From: an uncultured delta proteobacterium
Lineage (GTDB): Bacteria > Myxococcota_A > UBA9160 > SZUA-336
Direction: 5' to 3'
NCBI GenBank assembly: GCA_963704165.1
Contig: CAVPHD010000012.1
Location: forward strand, 1-64,000
DNA: 64,000 bases
The notes below the pieces were generated by a model that saw only the letters and a list, made by a program, of their open reading frames with translations, had not been told where the DNA came from and searched no databases. The position numbers and the translations under genes were made by a program. Below are positions 45,851 to 57,806 of this stretch, one piece after another; position 1 is the stretch's first letter, and each line of letters starts with the position of its first letter.

Positions 45851-47281
45851 CTAACGGCCTCGGCGCTGGATGCTCTGGGTGGACAGGTAGTCGCGCGACT
45901 CCTCGGCGTCGGGAGGATCGCTGCGCAGCGCGTACGACTCGCGCAGCCAACCACCGCCCTGCCCGGCGATCGAGAAGCTCTGTGCGACCGGGAGCATGAC
46001 GCCAAAGCCCGTCCCGCTGCCCGCCCACTTCGGATCGACCAGATCGTCGGCGCTGAAACGCCCGGTGAAGATGCCGACCTCGTAGATGCCGCCGCTCCCC
46101 CGTCGAGAGATCCAATACAGCGGCTGGAGCGTCAGCCCGTCGATCCAGAGCGCGATCGTACGGACGGCGCCTTCCTTGTCCCGGCGCTCGCCGGCGAGCA
46201 CGAGCGCGCGGCGCAGCTCCCAGCGATCGGAGGCGAGCGAGAGCCCGCTCGGGCCGTAGTTCCGATCGGCATCGCTCGGATAGCCGCGTGCGTTCCCGTT
46301 CACGGGCGCGAGCACGTCTCGCACGCCGTCGAGCTTCCAGGTGTACGCGTTCGGGCGGATCAGGAGCCCGACGAATCCGCGCCGGATCGGCTCGGCCGCG
46401 GTCATCGCGGGATTGCCGACGTCGGACATCTGGTCGCTCAGCGTCATGCCGATGTTGTCGAGCGAACGGCCGCGCGTGTAGCTCGGCAGATACACACCCT
46501 CGTTCTGCTGCGGCGGGGCACGGCGCACCTTGCGCTGGCCGGGGAGGTAGACGAAGACGTCGTCGGCCTGCTGGTAGTTCGTCTCGACGGCGGTCTTCTG
46601 GAACTGGCGCCACGCGAGTCCGCGCGCGCTCTCCGGTGCCGTGAACGCACCGCCGGCGGCGAAGCGCTCGTCGCGGCCGGCACCCATCCCATCGGGCACA
46701 CCGTGCAGCGGCATCAGGAAGATGCTGCCGGTGAATTCGCTCACTCCGCGGCCGCCGCCCGTGATCTCCGAGACCCGGAACCCGCCGCGAAATCCCGAGC
46801 CCATGTACCGGTAGCGGTAGTTCCAGGCCCAGCGCGCACCCGCGTCAGGTGCGTCATCGGCGATACTCTCGGGCGCGAACGGCAGGCCCGTGCCGACGTA
46901 GCCCGAGAGATTTCCTTCGGGATCGAGGGAGGCCTTGCCCGAATTCGCGGCCGTCGCCCCGGTGAAGTACCCCGGTGCGGGGTAGCGCCGATAGCACGGA
47001 CCCACCTCGAGCTTCATGCCCTCGAAGAAGAAGACGTCGCGGCGCTCCCAGACTTCGTCCGGCAGCCAACCGCGAAGTCGCTCGATGTTCTCGATCTCGA
47101 CGAGATCCCCCGGCCGCCACACGGGCGGGATGACGTCCTCTGCGCCCGGTCCGGAGTCCGGTCCCTGCTGGATCGCGCGCGCTGCGCATGCGCCCTCGGG
47201 CGGAACCTCGAAGGCCCTGGCCACCGGAGCGATCGCGAAGGCGGCGGTCAGGATCGCGAGTGCGGCGGTGTTTCGAATCAT
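45851..47281 (-). CDS. Secreted DUF1329-like protein
   Basis: Signal peptide, GLPF...AWN, DDVFVYLPGQRKVRR, WELRRA. Confidence 0.75.
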   Translation of the reverse strand: MIRNTAALAILTAAFAIAPVARAFEVPPEGACAARAIQQGPDSGPGAEDVIPPVWRPGDLVEIENIERLRGWLPDEVWERRDVFFFEGMKLEVGPCYRRYPAPGYFTGATAANSGKASLDPEGNLSGYVGTGLPFAPESIADDAPDAGARWAWNYRYRYMGSGFRGGFRVSEITGGGRGVSEFTGSIFLMPLHGVPDGMGAGRDERFAAGGAFTAPESARGLAWRQFQKTAVETNYQQADDVFVYLPGQRKVRRAPPQQNEGVYLPSYTRGRSLDNIGMTLSDQMSDVGNPAMTAAEPIRRGFVGLLIRPNAYTWKLDGVRDVLAPVNGNARGYPSDADRNYGPSGLSLASDRWELRRALVLAGERRDKEGAVRTIALWIDGLTLQPLYWISRRGSGGIYEVGIFTGRFSADDLVDPKWAGSGTGFGVMLPVAQSFSIAGQGGGWLRESYALRSDPPDAEESRDYLSTQSIQRRGR

Positions 47282-47344
47282 CGGCCGGCAGGGTATCGGA
47301 TCGTCGGGCGATCTCACGCTAGCTTCGGACGAGAGGGAGCCTCC

Positions 47345-47581
47345 ATGCCTTCGACCGAGATCGCGCGCGCACTCGAAACCGGTCAGCCCGTGCGCCTGCA
47401 CGCGGGTGACGGCGAGGTGATCGTCGCGCGAATCCTGTCGTACGACGAGGACGAGATCTGCTTTCTGGTGGTCACGTCGTCGCGGCCGGAGCGCTACGCC
47501 GTCTGTGACTCGACGGGCTTTCGGCGTCGCTGGGAGGAGATCGAGCGCGCGGTGCTCGTCTCAGCTCGCAAGAAGCGCTAG
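47345..47581 (+). CDS. Small hypothetical protein, possible Sm/Hfq-like fold
   Basis: 78-aa ORF with an upstream GGGAG SD; PVRLHAGDGEVIVARILSYD pattern. Confidence 0.55.
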   Translation: MPSTEIARALETGQPVRLHAGDGEVIVARILSYDEDEICFLVVTSSRPERYAVCDSTGFRRRWEEIERAVLVSARKKR

Positions 47582-48328
47582 CGCCTCGGCGTGCAAGAGG
47601 CCGTTCGTCGTCACGAGACTGCCGCCGTAGATCGACCGTTCGCCGTTCTGCGTCGTCGCCCTTCCGCCCGCCTCCTCGACCAGGACCTGGAGCGCGGCGA
47701 TGTCCCAGGGCTGTACGATCGGATCGACGGCGATCTCGCCCGATCCCGCGGCCACGAGGCAATGCTGCCAGAAGTCACCGAAACCGCGCTGGCGGTGCGT
47801 CGCTTTCGCGAGCTGGTGCAGCCCGGGCGGCGTGCGGCCGCCCTCGTATCCGCCGAGGCTGCCGTGGAAGAGCTGTGCGTGCTCGAGCTGGCGGACGGCC
47901 GACACCTGCAGGCGTCGCTCGCCCTGAAAGGCACCGTGGCCCCGAGAAGCGTGCCAGCGCGTTCCAAGCTCCGGCGCGCTCACGAGGCCGGCCACGACTT
48001 CGGCCTCGATCTCGATCGCGAGCAGCGTCGCGAAGACCGGAATGCCGCGCACGAAGTTCGCGGTCGCGTCGATCGGGTCGATGATCAGGCGCGCGCTCGA
48101 CCGGCCGATCTGCTCGCCCTGCTCTTCGCCGAAAACGCCGAGGTCGGGGTGCCGCTCCGCCACGAGCTTGCGCGCGGCGCTCTCGATCTCGCGGTCGGCC
48201 TCGGTGACCAGGCTGCGGTCGGGCTTCTGCTCGACTCGCAGATCGACGCGGCGGAACAGCCGTCGTGCGATCTCGTCGGAGCGGTCTGCGATCTCTCCCA
48301 GCAGCGGGAGCCAGTCGGAAGTCGGCAC
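47561..48328 (-). CDS. hisN: Histidinol-phosphatase (inositol monophosphatase family)
   Basis: VTEADRE, GEE, IDPIDATANFVRG, GFGDFW, PWDIAAL. Confidence 0.8.
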   Translation of the reverse strand: MPTSDWLPLLGEIADRSDEIARRLFRRVDLRVEQKPDRSLVTEADREIESAARKLVAERHPDLGVFGEEQGEQIGRSSARLIIDPIDATANFVRGIPVFATLLAIEIEAEVVAGLVSAPELGTRWHASRGHGAFQGERRLQVSAVRQLEHAQLFHGSLGGYEGGRTPPGLHQLAKATHRQRGFGDFWQHCLVAAGSGEIAVDPIVQPWDIAALQVLVEEAGGRATTQNGERSIYGGSLVTTNGLLHAEALALLAS

Positions 48329-48360
48329 GAACCGAAGACTAGCAGCAGAGCCGGCGCAGC

Positions 48361-48969
48361 TCAGGCCGAGTCGGCCCCGCGCACGCGGTCGAGCGCACTC
48401 GTCAGCGCTTCGAGCACGCTCGCCGCGCTCGTCGTCGGCGACAGCGGCACGGCGATCGCGACCATTGCGATCGAGGGGCGGACTCGCTCCGGGCCGAGCG
48501 AGATCTCGTGCGCCTCGAGCAACGTGTGCAGTCGCTCCGAGACCGGGGAAAGCAGGGCCTCTTCGCAGCCGGGAAGAACCGCCGCGATCTGTGCCTCGCC
48601 GAGTCGCCCGACGTCGTCGCTGCCGCGGACGCGGCGGCGAAGCTCGGCAGCGAGGTCCGCGACCGCACGCTCGCAGGCCTGCGCGCCCGCGACGTCCTGG
48701 AGCGACTTCCAGCTCTCGAGCTCGAAGGCCACGAGCCCGATCTCACCGCGGCGCTGTTGCGCGCGCGTCATGAAGGCGCCGAGCAGACGTTCGAGCGACG
48801 AACGCACCAGGAGCGGCGAGTCCGCCTCGCGCTCGAGCTGCGAAGCGAGGAGTCGGCGCAAGTCGTCGAAGGCGCCGCGCGAATCGCCGTCGGAGTCCGG
48901 ATCTTCGGCGATGCGCGATCCCTGCGGCCCACTCGGCCGATTTCCGACGATCCGTTGCCAAGGCTTCAC
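48361..48969 (-). CDS. Stand-alone degenerate GGDEF-domain protein with intact RxxD site
   Basis: LRRRVRGSDDVGRLGEAQIAAVLPG aligns with RxxD-x5-GGDEF. Confidence 0.7.
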   Translation of the reverse strand: MKPWQRIVGNRPSGPQGSRIAEDPDSDGDSRGAFDDLRRLLASQLEREADSPLLVRSSLERLLGAFMTRAQQRRGEIGLVAFELESWKSLQDVAGAQACERAVADLAAELRRRVRGSDDVGRLGEAQIAAVLPGCEEALLSPVSERLHTLLEAHEISLGPERVRPSIAMVAIAVPLSPTTSAASVLEALTSALDRVRGADSA

Positions 48970-49104
48970 ACTAGACGCGATCGGACGCGCCTCGCCGAGA
49001 ATTGAGTGCAGCGCTTGCCGGGAGCCCTGCCGAGGCGCTAAACCACGCCGGGGTGCCCGCGCGACGCGCGCATCTGCGAGCCATCGGGTCCATAGGAGAG
49101 CGCA

Positions 49105-51107
<2,003 letters not shown>

Positions 51108-51111
<4 letters not shown>

Positions 51112-52361
51112 CCCTGGCGCGCGCGCCGCTCGGTCTGGCGCGAGCACTCGGGCTCGTGCTCCTCGCCGGTTGCGCGACGTTCTCGCCCTCGCTCGACGAG
51201 GTCTACCGCGACCGCGAGGTCGTCGGCCGGGAGTCCGGACTCGAACCGGTGACGCTGCTCGCGATCGGCGACATCGGCGAGCCCCACGGCCGCGACCCGC
51301 GCCTGCACGCGTCGATGTCGCGGCGCCTCGAGAACTCCGCCGGCGCGCCGATCCTGGTGCTCGGCGACGTGTTCTACAGCCACGGCCTGCTCGGGTTCTG
51401 TCGCGGGAAGAAGGGGCGGGTCTCGAGGCTCGACTGCGAGCGACCGGGACCGGTCGATCGGCAACTCGACGCAATCTTGGGTCCATACGCGCGCAAGCTC
51501 ACGGGCCATCCCGTGATCGCGCTTGCCGGAAACCACGACCACTACGGGGACCCTCTCTCGACGGAGAACGCGTGCGCGAAGATCCCACCGCTCGGAGCGG
51601 GGTGGCGTTACGTCGCGCGTGGCTGCGAGATCGGGGACTCCCGGCCGATCGCCGTGCTCGACGCCGGATCGGTGATCGTGGTGATGGCCGACTCGCAGGA
51701 GATGATTCGCGACGGCGACTTCCGCGAGCGCTCGAACGCCGCGCTCCACACGGAACTGGCAAGACTGCGGCAAGAGCGGCCGGAAGCGTGGATCGCGCTC
51801 GCGCTGCACCACCCGCTCGAGAGCTACGGGCTGCACAACGGCGCGGAGCTCGCCACCGCATTTCACAAGGACACCTACGCGCTCCTCGCGCCGATCACGC
51901 TGCCGCTCGAGTGGGCGTTGAACGGCAACGGCCAGCAGGTCTACGGAGTCGGCAACCGCGGATTCCGTCGCGGCGTGTACGGCGCGCTCGAGGACGCCCC
52001 CGTGGACGTGGTCCTCTCCGGCCACGACCACAGCCTGCAGCTGATCGAGCTCGATCATCCGGGCGCCCGCTGGCAGATCGTTTCGGGCTCCGGCGCCAAG
52101 CACTCGCGCGTGAAGCGCTTCGGGCTCGACTTCCTGTGGATGAACCGTCTCGCGCGCTTGGTCGGACTGCGCGACGCGCTTCCGTCCGTCGGGCACCGGC
52201 TGGTCTTCGCCGCGGGCGAGGGCGACGACAAGAAGCGCGCGGGCTACGGCTACGCGGTGCTCGTCGCCTCGCCCGAGGTCCTGCGCGTCGAGTTCTGGGA
52301 TCTCGCGGTGTCTACACCGATCGGCGTCGCCGAGCTCCGGCGTCCGCCGCCCGGGCGCTGA
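51108..52361 (+). CDS. Metallophosphoesterase lipoprotein (apparent CTG start)
   Basis: Lipobox LAGC; IGDIG, LGDVFY, AGNHD, HHP, SGHDH. Confidence 0.85.
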
Positions 52362-52376
52362 TCCGCCCGAGCCGCG

Positions 52377-52622
52377 TCAGGCGCGGCGTTCGAGCTTCGC
52401 CGAGTCGTCGTAGAGCTTTCGCACCGCCACCTGACCGGGCTTGCCGACGGCCAGGCAGAGCTCGCAGAGCGTGCACTCGTCGAGGTTCTTCTCGACCACG
52501 GAGAGCGCGCCCTCGGCCCCGACCGCGAAGATGTCGACGGGACAGACTTCGGCGAGCTTACGTGCGGCAGCCGGGTCGCGCGCGAGCGCGGGATCCACTT
52601 CGACCGAGATGAAGAGCGCCAT
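52377..52622 (-). CDS. Single-cluster [4Fe-4S] ferredoxin
   Basis: EVCPVDIF ... ECTLCELC. Confidence 0.85.
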   Translation of the reverse strand: MALFISVEVDPALARDPAAARKLAEVCPVDIFAVGAEGALSVVEKNLDECTLCELCLAVGKPGQVAVRKLYDDSAKLERRA

Positions 52623-52627
52623 CGGAC

Positions 52628-53527
52628 TCACCTCCCCAGCTTTTTCTTGACCAGCGCCGGGATGTCTTCGATGCGCTCCGCGACGCCGATGCCCGCCGCT
52701 CGCATGCGCTCGATCTTCTCCGCCGTCGTGTCGGCCTTGCCCTCGACGATGGTGCCCGCGTGGCCGAAGCGCATGCCGGGCATCGCGTCCATGAACCGAC
52801 CCGCCATGAAGGCGACGACGGGCAGCCGCGAGCGGTTGTCCGTCACCCAACGCGCGAGGTCGGCCTCCATGCGGCCGCCCGGCTCGGAGTAGATCGCGAT
52901 CGCTTCGGTCTCGGGGTCGGCCTCGAAGAGCGGCATCAGCTCGGCGTAGCTCGAGCCGATGATCGCGTCGCCGCCGATCGAGACCGCGGTGGACTGACCG
53001 AGTCCCGCGGCCGAGAGGGTGTTGCAGATCTCCGTCGTCATACCGCCCGAGCGCGACATCACGCCGACGTGTCCCTTGGTGAAGGCCTTGCGCGCATCGA
53101 CGGCGCGCCCGCCGAGACCGCCGATCTTCGCCTCGCCCGGCGAGAGCACGCCGAGACAGTTCGGGCCGATGATCCGGGCGCCGCGAAGCTCCGCCAGCTC
53201 GACCATCTGCGCGACCTCGAATCGCGGGATGTTCTCGGTCACGATCACGAGCAGCTTCACGCCCGCCTCGATCGCCTCGAACGCCGCGTCGCGCGCGAAG
53301 GCGGGCGGAACCGAGATCACCGACGCATCGACCCGCGTCTTCTTCGCGACCTGCTCGACGGTGTCGTAGACCGGCACGCCGTGCACGTCGCGTCCGCCGC
53401 GACCCGGTGTGACTCCGCCGACGATCTTCGTTCCGTAGTCGAGACACTCGCGCGTCATCGAGACCGCTTCGCGCCCGGTGATTCCCTGGATGATGCAGGT
53501 CGTGTCGGCGGTGATGAGGATCGACAC
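52628..53527 (-). CDS. sucD: Succinyl-CoA synthetase alpha-like subunit (atypical)
   Basis: QGITG, GGVTPGRGG, IGPNC, SRSGGM, FGHAG phospho-His motif. Confidence 0.8.
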   Translation of the reverse strand: MSILITADTTCIIQGITGREAVSMTRECLDYGTKIVGGVTPGRGGRDVHGVPVYDTVEQVAKKTRVDASVISVPPAFARDAAFEAIEAGVKLLVIVTENIPRFEVAQMVELAELRGARIIGPNCLGVLSPGEAKIGGLGGRAVDARKAFTKGHVGVMSRSGGMTTEICNTLSAAGLGQSTAVSIGGDAIIGSSYAELMPLFEADPETEAIAIYSEPGGRMEADLARWVTDNRSRLPVVAFMAGRFMDAMPGMRFGHAGTIVEGKADTTAEKIERMRAAGIGVAERIEDIPALVKKKLGR

Positions 53528-53529
53528 GC

Positions 53530-54735
53530 TCAGGACCTCTTCATCTTGGCGACGGCGCGGCCCGCGGCCTCGTACATGGAGACGCTGCGGTCGCAGAACT
53601 CGACGCCGTACTTGCCGAGCAGCTTGAAGCCCTCCTGCTCCCAGGACCCGGGAATGCGGAAGATCGCGATCTTCTCCGCGGGATCGTGACCCGATTCGAC
53701 GACGCCCTTGATCACGCCGCGCGCCACCATGTCGACGCGCGTGTTCGATACCACGTTCATCATCACCGCGATCTTCTTCACGCCGGGTTTTCCGAGGATC
53801 AGCTTCGTCAGCGCCGCGACCTTGCCCACGCTCGGGTTTCCGCCGATCTCGCAGTAGTTCGCCGGATCGCCGCCGTGATTCCGCACGGCGTCGAAGAGCG
53901 TGAGCGAGCCACCGCCCGCGCCGATGATCAACCCGAGCGAGCCGCCGAACTCGGTCACGTTGCCGGCGACGCCGCGGTGGTCGGCGGCGTTGATCGCCGC
54001 GCCGTCGAGCTCGAACTTCGTCGGCGGTCGCGCCATTCGCGTCTCGTCGTCGCCGATCTCGAGCTCCTTCAGGAGCTTCCCGTGCTGCGAGCGGGCTTCC
54101 GCTTCCATGTCCACGTGGGCGTCGAGCGCGACGAAGCTCCCGTCCGCGAGCTTCGCGAGCGGATTGATCTCGGCGAGCGTCAGCCCGTACTGCATGAAGA
54201 TGCGGGCGAGCGGCGCGACGAAGCGCACGAGCGCGTTCACGTCCGAGCCCGTCGCGAGCTGCGCGACGAGCTGCTTCGCGCGGAACTCCGAGAACGGCAG
54301 GAGCGTCGAGAAGTGCTTCTTCGCGATGTGATCGGGGTGCTTCTCCGCGACCTCCTCGACGTCGATCCCACCCATGTCGGAGAGGATCATGACGGGGCGC
54401 TTGGCGATCCCGTCCCAGGTGACGCCGAGGTAGTACTCCTGCACGACGGGTTGGCGGCTCTCGACGAGCACGCCGCGCGGCTTGTGCCCGTTGATCTCGA
54501 GCCGGAGGATCTTCTCGGCGGCCTCCGCAGCCTGGTCGGCCGTCTCGGCGAAGAGCACGCCGCCGGCCTTCATCCGCCCACCCGAGAGCACCTGGCTCTT
54601 CAGCACCGTCGGGCCCGCGATCGCGGCCGCGATCCGACGCGCGTCGTCGGCCGACTTCGCGAGCTTCGAGCCCTTCGGCAATGCGACGCCATGGCGCGCC
54701 AGTAGCTGCTTCGATTCGTACTCGTAGAAGCGCAA
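53530..54735 (-). CDS. sucC: Succinyl-CoA synthetase beta-like subunit (atypical, TTG start)
   Basis: FYEYESK, KSQVLSGGRMKAGGV, GGIDVEE, AEINPL, NYCEIGGNP. Confidence 0.8.
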   Translation of the reverse strand: MRFYEYESKQLLARHGVALPKGSKLAKSADDARRIAAAIAGPTVLKSQVLSGGRMKAGGVLFAETADQAAEAAEKILRLEINGHKPRGVLVESRQPVVQEYYLGVTWDGIAKRPVMILSDMGGIDVEEVAEKHPDHIAKKHFSTLLPFSEFRAKQLVAQLATGSDVNALVRFVAPLARIFMQYGLTLAEINPLAKLADGSFVALDAHVDMEAEARSQHGKLLKELEIGDDETRMARPPTKFELDGAAINAADHRGVAGNVTEFGGSLGLIIGAGGGSLTLFDAVRNHGGDPANYCEIGGNPSVGKVAALTKLILGKPGVKKIAVMMNVVSNTRVDMVARGVIKGVVESGHDPAEKIAIFRIPGSWEQEGFKLLGKYGVEFCDRSVSMYEAAGRAVAKMKRS

Positions 54736-54828
54736 CGGAGGTACCTCCCGCGGGGCGAACCTTTTTACTCCACGAGCGCCAAAGGGGCAATTCTCGGAAC
54801 GCCGATACGAAGCCAGAGGAGACAGGCC

Positions 54829-55071
54829 ATGGGGAAGGCGATCGGCATCCTGATGATCGTGCTCGGGGTCTGGATCGGGATGGAGATCTTCACGAAGGGA
54901 ATGGATGGCGCGTTCGGCGGCCTGTTCACGCTCGGCAGCGACCGCGAGCCGAACACGACCGCGGAGCCTCCGGTCCAGCGCATTCGCGCGCGCGTGCAGC
55001 GCGACATCACGAGCGGTCTCGCGCGTTCCGGTGCCGGCTTCGAGGCCGACGAGAGCGACGACGACGAATAG
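54829..55071 (+). CDS. Small single-TM protein with acidic tail
   Basis: GAGGAG SD, N-terminal hydrophobic helix, ends EADESDDDE. Confidence 0.6.
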   Translation: MGKAIGILMIVLGVWIGMEIFTKGMDGAFGGLFTLGSDREPNTTAEPPVQRIRARVQRDITSGLARSGAGFEADESDDDE

Positions 55072-55097
55072 TCGCGGCGATGCACGGCGCCGTGGCG

Positions 55098-55853
55098 CTA
55101 GAGATTTCCCTTGTGCTGACCGCCGTCGATCGCGATCACGGCACCGGTGATCCAGCTCGCGCGCGGTGAGGCGGCGAAGACGATCGCGTTCGCGACCTCC
55201 TCGGCGGTGCCGAGGCGGCCCCACGGGATCGAGGCCTTGATCGCATCGTAGAAGGCCCGATTGCCGTTGCGGACCTGTTCCCACATTCCACCGGGAAACT
55301 CGATCGATCCCGGCGCGATCGTGTTCACGCGGATCTTCGCGGGTGCGAGCGCGATCGCGAGCGTCTTCGAGTGACTGATCAGCGCGGCCTTCGCGGCCGC
55401 GTACGCGGGTGGACTTCCCGCCTCGAGCGCCGACGTGGACGAGATGTGCAGGATCACGCCGCCGCCCTGCGCCTTCATCCACGGAACGACCTTCCAGCTC
55501 GCGCGTACGCTCGCCATCACGTCGACGTCGAACGAGAGCTTCCAGCCGTTCTCGTCGTCGCTGACGCCGAATCCGGAGGCATTGTTGACGAGCACGTCGA
55601 TGCGGCCGAGCGCGGCGCGCGTGCTCTCGAGAAATGCGTCGAGCTCGGCGGGCTCACCGACGTCGGCGGTCTGCGCGTGCACGTTCACGCCGAGCGCACG
55701 GATCTCCCCGGCGGTCGCTTCGAGCGCCTCCGATCCGCGCGCGCAGATCGCGAGCTGCGCGCCTTCGGCAGCGAAGGCCCGTGCGGCGGCGTGGCCGATG
55801 CCCTTGCTGCCACCGGTGATCACGACGACCTTGTCCCGAAGTCCGAGGTCCAC
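55098..55853 (-). CDS. SDR family oxidoreductase
   Basis: TGGSKGIG, LVNNA, YAAAK, ASWITG..IAIDGG. Confidence 0.92.
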   Translation of the reverse strand: MDLGLRDKVVVITGGSKGIGHAAARAFAAEGAQLAICARGSEALEATAGEIRALGVNVHAQTADVGEPAELDAFLESTRAALGRIDVLVNNASGFGVSDDENGWKLSFDVDVMASVRASWKVVPWMKAQGGGVILHISSTSALEAGSPPAYAAAKAALISHSKTLAIALAPAKIRVNTIAPGSIEFPGGMWEQVRNGNRAFYDAIKASIPWGRLGTAEEVANAIVFAASPRASWITGAVIAIDGGQHKGNL

Positions 55854-55862
55854 AGGTCGTTC

Positions 55863-56339
55863 CTAGCTCGAGAGCAGCGCTTCGAGGTCCGGCCAGTCGA
55901 TCGAAGACTGCGCCGCGAACGCGCGCATCAAGAGCTCTCGCCGCTCGGGATCCGCGCCCTTTCGGAAATCCGCGACGATCTTCGCCAGATCGGCGGGCTT
56001 CGGACACTCGGGAGTGGCGCTCGAGAGCACACCCTTCTCGTGCTCGAGCCCGAGAGCGTCGAGCCACGCGGCGAGCAGCTCGCCGTGGTACTCGAGGAAG
56101 TACTCGGCCAGGACTTCTTCGGCCACGGCCGCCATCGCCGTACGCGAGAGCGCCTGGCGCATCCACTCGGCCTGGCGTTTGCGGGGCTGCCGGCGCAGGA
56201 AGACCGGGCGAAGCCGGAACGCGCCGGAGGCCGCGGACAGGGCGATCTCTTCGACACCGGGCGCCTGCTCGTGGATCTCGGTCAGGAACGCCAGTGCCGC
56301 CTCGGGACCCATGCGCGCGAAAATCTCGTTGGACCTCAT
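55863..56339 (-). CDS. Hypothetical protein
   Basis: 158-aa helical ORF co-oriented with the SDR gene. Confidence 0.65.
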   Translation of the reverse strand: MRSNEIFARMGPEAALAFLTEIHEQAPGVEEIALSAASGAFRLRPVFLRRQPRKRQAEWMRQALSRTAMAAVAEEVLAEYFLEYHGELLAAWLDALGLEHEKGVLSSATPECPKPADLAKIVADFRKGADPERRELLMRAFAAQSSIDWPDLEALLSS

Positions 56340-56464
56340 CTGGCCGGGATCATACCCGTCGCGCGCACCCCGGCCAGCCGGAGTTGCGGATCAATCGACT
56401 CCGCCGCTCGGCCGATGAGATCCCGACGGGAACCCCTCCGATTCGGACGGGCGGAGATTCAACC

Positions 56465-56777
56465 ATGGATCCGATCCGAAGCAGCTACGAATCCGATCCG
56501 GACATGATCGAGATCGTCTGCGACTTCGCGCGCGAGTTGCCGGCGCGTGCGGCCAAGGTCGAGGCGCTGCGTCGAGGCGCGATCGTTCTCCGATCTGCAG
56601 ACGCTCGCGCACCAGCTCAAGGGCGCGGGCGGCGGCTACGGCTTCGCGCAGATCACGGAGGCCGCGGGACGCCTCGAACAGACCCTGAAGTCCGGCGCGT
56701 CGGACACGCTGACGAAGGACTGCGCCGTGGAGCTCTGCGCGATCCTGCGCGCCGTCGTGGTGCCGGAGACGCGTTGA
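56465..56777 (+). CDS. Hpt domain protein (frameshift near 56570)
   Basis: AHQLKGAGGGYGF. Confidence 0.85.
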
Positions 56778-57746
56778 ATCCACAGGTCCCCAATCCCAAT
56801 CGCGTGCTCGTGATCGACGACGAGGAATCGATCCACAAGCTCGTCGTCGCGCGGCTTCGGCCCGAAGGGCTCGAGGTGATCAGCGAGTTCGACGGCGAGC
56901 GCGGAATCGAGCGCGCGGTCTCGGGCCAGCCGGACGTGATCCTGCTCGACATCGGACTGCCCAACGTCGACGGCTTCGAGGTCTGTCGGCGCCTGAAGGA
57001 GCATCCGTCCACGCGCAACATCCCGATCATCTTCCTGACCGGCACGACCGACACCGAGTCGAAGGTGCGCGGGCTCGACCTCGGTGCCGTCGACTACGTG
57101 ACCAAGCCCTTCGATCAGGTCGAGCTGCGCGCGCGCGTGCGCGCGGCGCTCCGCACCAAGCGTCTGCAGGACATCCTCGAGCAGCAGTCGTTCCTCGACG
57201 GACTCACGGGTCTCTGGAACCGCTCCTACCTCGACCGCAGGCTCGAAGCGGAGCTCAACGTCGCGCGGCGCTACGGACGGCCGCTGACGCTCGTGCTCGC
57301 CGACGTCGATCACTTCAAACGCGTGAACGACAGCTACGGGCACCTCTTCGGCGACATCGTGCTGCAGGGCATCGCCGAGGGCCTGCGCGCCTACGCGCGA
57401 CGCTCCGACATCGTCGCGCGCTACGGCGGCGAGGAGTTCGCGATCCTGCTCACCGACACGACGCTTGCGAGCCGCCGTCCACGTCTCGGAGCGCTTGCGC
57501 ATGTCCGCGGAGAGCCGCCACTTCGAGGCGCGCTCGGAGGTCGTGAGCGTGACGGCGAGCTTCGGTGTCGCGTGCAGCGAGGAGATCGGCAGCGAGCTCA
57601 CGCCCGAGGAGCTGATCCGCGCCGCCGACCTGGCGCTCTACGCGTCCAAGGACGCCGGGCGCAATTGCGTGCACATGTACCGAAACGGAGAGCTGATCCT
57701 GACGACCGGCGATCCGGAAGCTCTCGAGCGCTCCGAAGAGGAATAG
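56774..57746 (+). CDS. REC-GGDEF diguanylate cyclase (WspR/PleD-like); frameshift near 57468
   Basis: VIDD, DIGLP, TKPF; DGLTGLWNR, DVDHFKRVND, RRSD I-site, GGEEF. Confidence 0.92.
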
Positions 57747-57806
57747 AGCAGCCGCGCGCGGACTTCGGCTAGCCGCGCCCGGGGGCATTGTGCGAGGTTC
57801 TTCGTC

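Noticed and set aside
54829..55071. Small acidic protein as the missing Pup/UBact tag
   Set aside because: It ends DDDE rather than GG[EQ] or R[ST]G[EQ], has a TM helix, and lies about 24 kb from the ligase.
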